Below, piece after piece: positions 15,001 through 24,700 of a stretch of 64,000 nucleotides of DNA. Position numbers and translations under genes: made by a program. This DNA comes from Macrostomum hystrix (taxonomy: Eukaryota; Animalia; Platyhelminthes), in NCBI GenBank assembly GCA_950097015.1, contig CATNEN010000012.1, forward strand, positions 3,658,001 to 3,722,000. Reading direction: 5' to 3'. Every line of letters begins with the position of its first letter. Position 1 is the first letter of the stretch. A model generated the notes under the pieces. That model was not told the DNA's origin, did no database searches, and saw nothing but the letters and a program-made list of their open reading frames with translations.

Positions 15001-16435
15001 TCTTCTATTAATCATGTCACCTGTTATTCTCTTATCTTCTATTAATCATGTCACCTGTTATTATCTTATCTTCTGTTTCTCATCTCACCTGTTATTATCT
15101 TATCTTCTGTTTCTCATCTCACCTGTTATTCTCTGATCTTTTGTTTCTCATCTCACCTGTTATTCTCTGATCTTCTGTTTCTCATCTCGCCTGTTATTCT
15201 CTGATCTTCTGTTTCTCATCTCACCTGTTATTCTCTGATCTTCTGTTTCTCATCTCGCCTGTTATTCTCTGATCTTCTGTTTCTCATCTCACCTGTTATT
15301 CTCTGATCTTTTGTTTCTCATCTCACCTGTTATTCTCTGATCTTTTGTTTCTCATATCACCTGTTATTCTCTGATCTTTTGTTTCTCATCTCGCCTGTTA
15401 TTCTCTGATCTTCTGTTTCTCATCTCACCTGTTGTTTGTGAAAAGTAGTCCTACTAATTTAGCCTTATCCTAGCAAGTTTTTGGAAGTATATTAGTCACT
15501 TTGCTGAGCCAAAAGTTCATTAATATGTATTTAAAGAGTCTATTCTGTTTAGATTACTTTTATGTTGTATGGGTATAAAAACAGTCTAGGTCGTTTAGAA
15601 TGGCAGTCAATTTTAATAGCAATTTGTCTATCTCGATCTCTTTAGAATGGCAACATTTCCTAATAGTGCCATCTTGTATACACCAGACCAGTTAGCGCCT
15701 ATTACATGCATTTGATGAGTCATCCTTGCTTGGCGAAATGAGTTTTCAATTCGGATTGTTTATTTGGCAGTATTCCAAACATCTTAGATTGTCACAGGTG
15801 CGTTAATCATAAACTAATTTTAAAATAACCATGTAAATTACTGAGTATACAGGCACAGAGGTTATATTTGCCATTGGCGCTTTCAAAAGACAAATGCAGC
15901 GTTTCTGGCGCTCGACTGCTTTCCAGCGCACTGAATCTGAACTTGTCACCCGGCACTTGCCAAATATATTTAGATCGGTCTGTGACTTAAAATGGCTTCC
16001 AAGACCCCCTACTTTATTTTCTCACCCTGCTGCAACACACACCACCTCATTTTCTTACCCTGCTGAAACACCCACCACCTCATTTTCTTACCCTGCTGAA
16101 ACACCCACCACCTCATTTTCTTACCCTGCTGAAACACCCACCACCTCATTTTCTCACCGTGCTGCAACACACACCACCTCGTTTTCTTACCCTGCTGAAA
16201 CACCCACCACCTCATTTTCTCACCCTGCTGCAACACCCACTACCTCATTTTCTCACCCTGCTGCAATATCCACCACCCCATTTTCTCTCCCTGTGGCTAC
16301 AACCCCATTTTTAACTGCAACGAAAATGAGAAAAGGCTACATTTTAAGGACGTCAAAATTTATTGTTTCTGAAAATGCATTTGCTTAAATTATTATCTAA
16401 TCTAGCTCTCCTATCATTTTCAGCCTCTCTACTAA
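6021..16435 (+). CDS. Sortilin-like VPS10-domain type I membrane receptor (spliced, ~870 aa)
   Basis: Exons read by eye with GT-AG ends: 6021-6182 (signal peptide), 7746-7802, 7907-8329, 8749-9030, 9577-9963, 10982-11389, 13250-13657, 14251-14733 and a probable last exon 16424-16435. Repeated Asp-boxes (STNDGRSF, TFDGGATW, STDLGAKW, STDFGKTF, SSDGGYSW, STDAGRCW), 10CC module (PCLCTKDDFECEYGY...GYRKLPGNRCEGG), TM helix (VGLLVPLVITVAILLSIVLSLVVLA) and acidic tail. The last exon is the least certain. Confidence 0.9.
8340..8702. repeat. Intronic minisatellite, 33 bp unit
   Basis: TCCCTGTCCTTCAGGTTGATCTGGTCATTGCAA, about 11 copies, in sortilin intron 3. Confidence 0.95.
9195..9521 (-). mobile_element. 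tRNA-derived SINE, family A (copy 1)
   Basis: Reverse complement shares blocks with 56860-57046 (GCGAAATGGGCAGAATTGCCTCCTCGCTGGCTGCGGGTCTAG; GTCAGGGCAGRTGTACACACCTGTGTG) and has an A/B-box-like head. Confidence 0.7.
10065..10890. repeat. Intronic minisatellite, 20 bp unit with higher-order duplication
   Basis: AAATCCCATATCAAGATTTG; an interrupted block (TTTTAGATAAAAATCCC...) recurs near 10490 and 10690. Confidence 0.95.
11445..12080. repeat. Intronic minisatellite, 25 bp unit
   Basis: GTTGACCCCTTCAAGATGGTGGTCA, about 25 copies. Confidence 0.95.
12740..13190. repeat. Degenerate pyrimidine-rich intronic repeat
   Basis: CCCCATCTCCTCTA-like units just upstream of the acceptor at 13249. Confidence 0.85.
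13850..14100. repeat. Intronic minisatellite, 20 bp unit
   Basis: CGTTAGATTTCGTTAGAAAT. Confidence 0.92.
14770..15432. repeat. Intronic minisatellite, ~34 bp unit
   Basis: CACCTGTTATTCTCTGATCTTCTGTTTCTCATCT and variants. Confidence 0.93.
16005..16285. repeat. Minisatellite, 33 bp unit
   Basis: CTCATTTTCTTACCCTGCTGAAACACCCACCAC, about 8 copies. Confidence 0.92.
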
Positions 16436-17539
16436 TAGTCTACACAAGCTGAACTGCATGCAAGCAAATTGGAATGATTGCATGGATGGATCAGTGATTT
16501 TGTAAACAATCGAAAACAGTTTTTTTTGCCTAATTTTCCAATCTGCCGGTTCATTAACTACAGCATGTTGCATACTTTTTCTTTGAGTTTCTATAATTTC
16601 CTTCTTCGGGATGAGGCCAGCTTATTCCAATATAAAGCAACTTCTTCAGCAACTCATCCATTAATTACATCCAATGCTAGGTCACGTTGATCTATATATA
16701 ATACGCTTCTTTGTCTAATATATTCATCGATCTCTGTAAGTTGTGTCATCGGATAGAGCGGAATATTCTGATGTGGATTTTCATGGCGATTGGTAAAATA
16801 TAAAAAATAATAATAATATGGTATTTCTACTGTTAATAAATGCCTCAGTCCAATAAACAGACCCTTATAAAGCTTAAAGTTGTTTATCTGTGCTTATCCA
16901 GTCAAATTATTTGCCTGTTGACTTTTGCCACAAATAATATCGTACTACCAGTAGTGTTGATACCATAACAATAACTACCATAACTTACCATAACTAGCAT
17001 TCAGTGTGTTGCTTTCTGAATTGCTGTAAGTGTTTTAATGTTTTAGTGTTTTAATTTGGTGTGTGTAAGTGAGTAAGCTTTTTTTAGTTTTCATTTTATT
17101 CTTTACTTTCTGGCTAATCTCATTTAAAGGACCCAATAATCGCATGACCTCATAAAATTTATTCGTGTTATTCCATTTTATTTCGTTATTTTTACCAAAT
17201 TCATCCGCTAAGTTTTTTTAAACGGTTTTCTAATTGGTTTAAATCATTACATGCACTAACTTCTCTTTTTATTATAACACGAATGATCCAATATCCTGCT
17301 CTTTGTCAGATTTTTCAAATCTACGAGTATTTACATTCATTTGCGATATGCTGCTTTCGCTCAGCTATTTAACATGGCAAATAAAACTAAACCCATGAGT
17401 AGAATGAGAAGTATAGCTGAATCACTATGCCAAATTTTACATCTATAAGATCAATTCTTTATGGCATCAGGGCATCATAGTTATACAACATGATAAAACT
17501 ATTTTGTAAACATAAAGTGTAAAGCATCCCATTTAGTGC

Positions 17540-17955
17540 CCACTACCCCATTCTCTCCCTTGCCTGCTTTTTCTCTTCTTTTTCCATAGTGCCAACCTCC
17601 CAATTTTCTCTTCTTTTTCCATAGTGCCAACCTCCCAATTTTCTCTTCTTTTTCCATAGTGCCAACCTTCCAATTTTCTCTTCTTTTTTCCATAGTGCCA
17701 ACCTCCCAATTTTCTCTTCTTTTTCCATAGTGCCAACCTCCCAACCTTTTTTCTTTGTTCCCACCACCCCATTTTTCTCCCTTGCCTGCTGCGCCCACCA
17801 CCTCGTTTTTTCTCCTTTGCCTGCTGCGCCCACCACCTCGTTTTTTCTCCTTTGCCTGCTGTGCCCACCACCCCAATTTTTCTCCCTTGCCTGCTGTGCC
17901 CACCACCCCATTTTTTCTCCCTTGCCTGCTGTGCCCACCACCTCATTTTCTCTCC
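17540..17955. repeat. Compound minisatellite (35 bp and ~36-37 bp units)
   Basis: TTTCCATAGTGCCAACCTCCCAATTTTCTCTTCTT followed by TTTTCTCCCTTGCCTGCTGTGCCCACCACCCC. Confidence 0.9.
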
Positions 17956-18741
17956 CTTTGATGCAAGCAAGTTACTCTTAGATCATCTTAAACTGACGAG
18001 CTCGTATTTTTTTCGCCTTGTACTTGTTTAAAACACTAAGGTACTCCAAAATATATAATATTTTGCTGCACTTAAACAATCAGTGGTATAATATAATACT
18101 GAGTGTGCCAAGTGATAAAACTACAACGCATAGGTTAAGGTGAGAATGCTTGTAATGTTACTGCTTCACTCTTGGATAGAAAAAATCTATAAGTGGATCA
18201 GTAAAAATTGGTATTGTAAAACAGGGATTCTACAAAACATGCCAGTATCTAGTACACATATGTTGTTAGCCGCTTCGCCTGCATGTTTCAAACGCGAAAT
18301 TCACAACTTCTCTACTATTAGTAGCAGTATTAGAAGCTGTCAATAAAATTTTTATTAAACTTGAAAATCGGTCACCGAGGCACCCTTCGTGAGCGCCAGC
18401 AGTTGCTGACTCACTCGGCGCCGGCCGCAGTCCTCGCCTGCGTCGCAGTCGCATCGGTCGGCATCGTCAGTTGTTGAATTGGTTGCGTGACGCCGACAAT
18501 GTTTTGTGACTCCGCCGCGCACCGCCGCCACAGCAACTGCGGCGGCGACGCTTCTGCGAGCATTTTTTTCGACAAAAATATCCATAATGTACAGATGTCA
18601 TTTTAAAAAAGAAAATAAAACTTCACATAAATCTCGGCAAATCTCTCCTTTCAATCCAAGCCAGAGGGCGTCATTAAACGAGAAACTTCTATAAACTGAG
18701 TAAATTTAAACAGAATCTCATCTTAAGAAAAGCCGGCACAA

Positions 18742-21700
18742 TTACCTGGCAGAATTCGTCGACCGTTTAAACAATGTCGGCAGCCGCAGACTCGGACCAC
18801 CGTGCTTTTGACCAGCAGTTCCAACTCCACTGGCTTCCAAAAGTTGCTGATGCTCCTGAAGGGGATCAGCTGGTGGCAGGCGGTACAGGTGGTGACTGCG
18901 ATGCCGGTGATGCGGAAGCCGATGACGCCGGCTGGTCTCGCCGGTGTGGTCTCGACGACCCGACTGTGACTCATCTGTGGCCGCCTCCGGCTGCTGCTGT
19001 GTGGCGTCCAGCTTTGAAAAGGGGAGTCGATTTTAAGTCGGTTAGTATTTGTCTTTTAACAATAAGCATTGAATGCAATTTGTTCGTATTGCGAAAATGC
19101 TGTGTAAAACTGTGCATATTACTTGTAGTAGACAAATAAATTCGTAACTTAGTAAACTTTAACTGAGAAGTATAGGTTCTTTACTACTAGTGCCAAAAAG
19201 AATTTTTTATGAAGGTTTTTAAAGGCGAGTCACGCAGAATTTCTCTAAAAAATGCGAAAATATGTTTTTTAAAATCAATCAGGATTCGAGCCGGTGTCAC
19301 CGCCACGCGACGACTGGCTACTGTCTTGGCCTCTAGGCTATTTCATAGATCAAGATAAACGTTAAGTTAAGGTCGATTTAAACCGCCATCCTACGACACA
19401 AAAAACACGAGATTTTTTTTACATTGTTTTTGACAATATACAGCAGAACAGACTCCTTTGAATATTAAAACACAACAACTGAAATTCCGCTAAAATTTCC
19501 GCTGAGGCTGAAATCTAAGGTTGAGTATAGCATAATTCCCCACACCTGCAATGTTAGGCCCATTTTTAGTCCCAGTTGTTATTATTAAAAAGCATGGCGC
19601 AATAATGAAATTGCGTTCCATTCCACCGCTCTACATCCAAGGTTAGAAGGGAAACTAAATAAACCATTACGTTTGTGTAGGACAGATCTATCAACGAATA
19701 ATCTGCATGTCAGTGTTACGTCTAGAAAAATTAAAAATAGAAAAATATTAAGTCTAAAAATGCACCAATAAATAATAATTAATACTTTTAAAATATTAAA
19801 TATCAAATAACGTGTCAAAGAACAATGGATAACAGAAGGAACAACATCTAATGGCTTTCCTGCCAGTGCCTACTTTAAGTAGAGTAAGGTATAATTAGTC
19901 CAATCAATACGTATCTTTTTACTAAAAAAGTACTTTCTAAGAGAAGAGCTGCAAAGAAACTAAAGAAACAGTGCGTATTATATTTTAAATAGTTAGTTTA
20001 CAAGAAAGGATAACCAAACTAGAACTTTTCAACATAAGGCCCCACATCACAAACAAAAACAACATTCCACTACGATAACTAGGTATCTCAAAAACGCAAT
20101 ACATTCATTTCGATAGATTGCAATGTGAATCTACGTATTCAGTAACTCTGGTTTCTCTTCATTCCACGCTTAAATCTTTCGCCTTTTACTAAAGATTTCC
20201 GTGGAGAGGTACATTCATTGAGTGTTCCTTGATTTGTGCAACCCCATTCCTAGAAGGGGGTACTTTTAAAGTACACCAGTAAGCTCCCTATAGTGCTCCT
20301 TGTTCATTCTCACCTGTTTTAGTTTTATTTTTGCAGTCTCTCTCTCCCCCTGTACTTGTAGTTTTAGTTTTATTCTAGCAGTCCCCCACCCCCTCCCTTG
20401 AGTGCGCACTTTGTGTGCCACCTGCCCCCTTTGCTTATTTTGTTTACCTTGCACCAGTGAGAAATCACGCCATATGGCTGCGAATCGCGCCACAACTTCA
20501 AAAAAACACGACGGCCGCCCCTCGCTCGAGCATCGGTACGGCCGCACCGAAGACGCCAGTCGCAAGCTGCAGCCGAAGGTCGCGACAGCGCTGATGTCGA
20601 CTCCGATGCCGGCCAGCGAGACCTCTGAACCGGCAACCAGCACCCAAGACCGCGGCTCGCTCAGCCCACCAGAAGGTCGGCTAGTGATAGTCGAGGACGA
20701 GTCTCAAGCAGTGACTGCGGCCCCCGAGACTGCGGACTCAAACGAGACGGCCGACAGAATGTCCGTCGATGAAGCCGAGGCAGCCGAGACGGCTGCTCAA
20801 CAGACTGAGGCTGCGGCAGCACCTGCGACAGCGCCAACAGCATCCGAGTCGGCTGCGAGTGCCCAGACGACAATTCCGAAGCCCACCGCTGCACAGTCAG
20901 ACGCCGACATCTCGCAGATCGTCTTCCCTGACGAGCCGGACTTCAGCGAGTGCCAGCAGACGACCTACGCGGGCGACTGCACCATCGTCTACGCGCCCTA
21001 CTTTCTTGGCGAGGTCGCTGACCAAATATACCAGCGCCTGATGGCAGACGTGCTCCCACTCGCCTTCCGTCATCGCCCGCACGAGCAGCGCCGTGTCTTC
21101 TGGATCGGCCCGGCGTACACCTACAGCGGGGTTGAGCTGAAGGAGAATCAAACCTGGCATCCAGTAATCGAAGACATTCGTGACTTCCTTTACGACGATG
21201 CTGGGCTCGAGGTCCCGAAGTTCAACTCCGTTCTGGTGAACTTCTACACCGAGCCGGAGGACCGGATTCCGTGGCATGCGGATGACGAGGAGGAGCTCGG
21301 CGACAAGCCGACCATCGCTACAGTGTCGTTCGGCGCTGAGCGAACTTTTATGTTGCGTCGACGTGACGGAAACGTCACGCATCGATTTCAGACGCTCCCG
21401 GGATCGCTGATCCTCATGGGAGGCAATTGTCAAAAGCGGCTGCAGCATCAGGTGCCTGCAGTTCGCACCCAGACCGGCGTCCGCATCTCACTGACGTTCC
21501 GCGTCACCAAGCCGGAGCTGCGGCGCAAGAGGGCGGCGACCGACGACCCAACCTACAGCCAGCCACTGGACTGCGGTCCCTTCGGCGACCGGCAAGGCAA
21601 CCCAGGCCAGCCCCAGGACCAGCAGGCAGAGCGCGGCGGCGGCGGTCAGCGCGGCGCACGTGGTCAGCGCGGCGGCGGCGGTCAGCAGCGAGGCAGCCGC

Positions 21701-24700
21701 GGTGGCGGCGGCGGCAGACAGCGAGGCACGCGAGGTGGCGGCGGCGGCCGAGGTGCGGCGGCTGGTGCGGCGGCAGCGTCGGCGACCGCGGTGACGGGTT
21801 CGTCGGCGGCGTCGGCGGCGGCGGCAGCGGCGGCTGCTTCAACGACCCAGGCTGCGACAGCGCGGCCCTATGCGCAGGTGGCTTCGGCCCGCGCTCCATT
21901 GCGAAGACCCCAGGCTGCCATTCCACCGGTGGTCTTTGAAGTGCACCGAAACGCGGCGGGCAAGCTGGTGGCCTTCATCACCTGGCTGCAGGCCAACTTT
22001 GCCGGCGATGCCCGTGCCGTCAACACAGCCGAAATGGCCAATCAGCCCGCCTACCTAGTATTCCCGGCCACTGAGCGGGATTACAACGTCTTCCTAGGCG
22101 GTGCTCTGCGTCAGGACAGCCTCCTCGGACACCGTGTCGAGCGTCGACCAGCACGATCACGGCCGCTGGACAACCGGACTGGCGCTGACAGAGTACGGCA
22201 GCAGCCACTGCTCACCTTTGTGGCGCTCGACGTGCCGTTTTCCTTCACGGAAGCCGAATTCGCCAGCATGCTCCGCGAGTCCCTGAAGCTCGACATCACG
22301 AGTGTGCATCGGATCCGTGCGCGAGCATCCGGGCAGGCCACCCGGTACATGCGCATCTTTACGAAGTCGAGAGCGACATTCGACCAGTGCCTTCGCGAAG
22401 GCATCTGCACTGACTTTCTGAAGTTCAGCTGCGAAGAGAGCCGCACCGACGAGCCGGTCCGCGCCCTGCAGTGCCAGCGCTGCCAGCAGTTCGGCCACCG
22501 TGCAGCTCAGTGCCAGGTGGAGCTGCGATGCCGAATCTGCGGCGGCTCGCATGCCTGGAAGGACTGCCAGCACGAAGGCCCGGCGACATGCTCCAACTGC
22601 GGTGGTCAGCACCGCACGACCAGCCGAGCCTGCACTGTTGCGCAGGAGGAGCACGCCAAGGCGACGAAGGCGGCAGCTGAGGCCAAAGCTGCTGCGGCGC
22701 GAGCTGCGGAAGCCGCGGCTACGGATGCTCCGCCTGCCTCGAGTGCGCCCGCCGACGTGTCCGACGCTTCGGACAGTGGCTGGCTGATGCGCCAAGGCCG
22801 CCGCAACGTGCCCGTCAATGCCGCCATCCGGCCGCTGTTCATCAGCAACGATGATGCCAGGAGCCGACCGGCTGCCGAGACTGTCAGCGCCAGGTGCACG
22901 AGCGCCAATGAGGCTGCACCCTCCCTGGACGCTGGCAGTGAGCCACAGCAGCAGCAGCAGACTGACTTGAAGCAGATGGTGAGCATGCTGTTGCCCCTGA
23001 TCACCCGCTCTCTGACCCAGGTGATTGTGCGGGCCCTGTCCAGGCCGCCTGGTGAGCTCCTCACAGTGGAATCGACCAGTAAAATGGTTGAGGACATTGT
23101 GCGGGCTGTCCTCCAGGACGTGTCTGGCATGGCCTCCACCGCCACCGTGGTCGTGGGCCCAGGCAGCTAAACCAGAAAACTGTAAATTCCTCAATTTAAA
23201 TGGGAACCCTATTACCCAGACAACGGGTCTGAAAATTATGCACCTCAACTGCAGAGGGTTTCACCCGAAAAGCAGAGAACTCACCCAATGGGTCATTAGT
23301 CAAGAGATAGACATTGCTCTCTTCTCTGAAACCATTCTCAAGAGTTCGCACACGGTCCAGATCCCTGGCTACTCCATCATCCGGTACGACACTCCGCAAG
23401 TCAGACGCGGCCTGCTCCTTGCTCACTCACCGCGCGTGAAACTCACAAATGTTCGCTTGCACTACGACAATGTGAACCATGAAGCCATCTCCTGCACCGT
23501 CAGCCTGTCTGACAACTCCCACGGTGCCGACTTTAATCTGGCTCTGGTGTACAGGTCTCCGGCACCTTACCACCTGAACCTGAACCTGCTCAAGAGCCTG
23601 GTCTCGCGCAGACGCAGTGTTCTCCTTGGCGACCTCAATGCCAGACACCGCTTCCTTGGCGGTGACAGCAGCAACAACAGGGCTGGCCATGAGCTGTACG
23701 ACTGGCTCTCTGAAGGTCTGGCCTCGCCCACCATCCTCAATCAAGTTGGCCAGTTCACCAGAATCGCCACCAAAAATGGCGTCACTTCCAGGAATGTCTT
23801 GGACCTCGGCCTGGCCACGGAGGACTTTCTGCCCTTTGTGCAGGACTTTGCAGTCGGTCCCGACCTGGACAGCGACCACCTGCCAATCATCCTCACCCTC
23901 AACATTCAGTCGGCAAAGTGGGCAGGTCCCGCTAAGCCGAAAAACTTTTCCAAAACCGACTGGGATCAGTTCAGGCTGAAGATCAGTGAAGCCCTTCTTC
24001 CTGACCAGCCGACTCGCCTATCGAGTGCTCAGCAAATCGACGCCGAGGTCGAGCTCATCACAAAGGCCATCCACACGGTCATTGAGTCGACTGTGCCAGA
24101 CTGTGGTGGCCGAAATGCTCTGCCCAAGCACATCCTTGAGCTGATTAGAGAGCGCCGACGACTCAGACGCCTCTTCAACAGCACCCGGGATGAAAACTTT
24201 AAAAGGCTGGCCAACCAAATGGCCAACAGGATCAAAAGGGAAATTACGTCCTTCCAGAGCGGCAAGCTCACCAAGCTGTGTGAGAATGTTGTCGAGAACA
24301 GCAAGAACAGCAAGGTCAAGAACTTCTGGCATGACACCAGGAAGCTGATGGGCAAGTTCAAGCCCAGCTCCATCCCAACCCTCACTTCGGGTCAAACCAG
24401 TGCGCACACTGATCTGGAGAAAGCGAACCTTCTCGCTGCCACTCTGGACTCAAAGATGCGCCCAGTCCCATCCACTTGCGAGCAGCTCAAACAGGAGGTG
24501 GCCGAAGTGGCCAAGTTCATCGCTTTCTATCCGATTCCGGCCGACATCAATGGCATAGCCACTCACCCGCTTGAAGCCGCATTCACTGTAGCCGACACAG
24601 TGTGGGAGCTTGAGCACCTCAAGCCTGATGGAGCACCCGGGCTGGATAAGATTCCCAATCGAGTGCTCAAACTCGGCCTTGAAGGCGTGGCGATCACCAG

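Noticed and set aside
18355-19139. Divergent ORF pair sharing a DCDAG motif
   Set aside because: The plus-strand ORF is the antisense of the SLC4 exon 19011-18742, so the similarity is likely chance; 18355-18585 might be a further SLC4 exon but is unsupported.
20191-20261. Reading the repeated 71-nt head as an LTR or direct terminal repeat
   Set aside because: It is U5 sequence, is not fully repeated after copy 3, and the element has APE-RT, an AAC tail and no integrase.
20978-21502. AlkB as an adjacent host gene
   Set aside because: It is intronless, in frame with the knuckles and duplicated with every element copy.
22157-23248. 363-aa antisense ORF and other shadow ORFs in each LINE copy
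   Set aside because: Expected by-products of GC-rich coding sequence; no recognisable domains.
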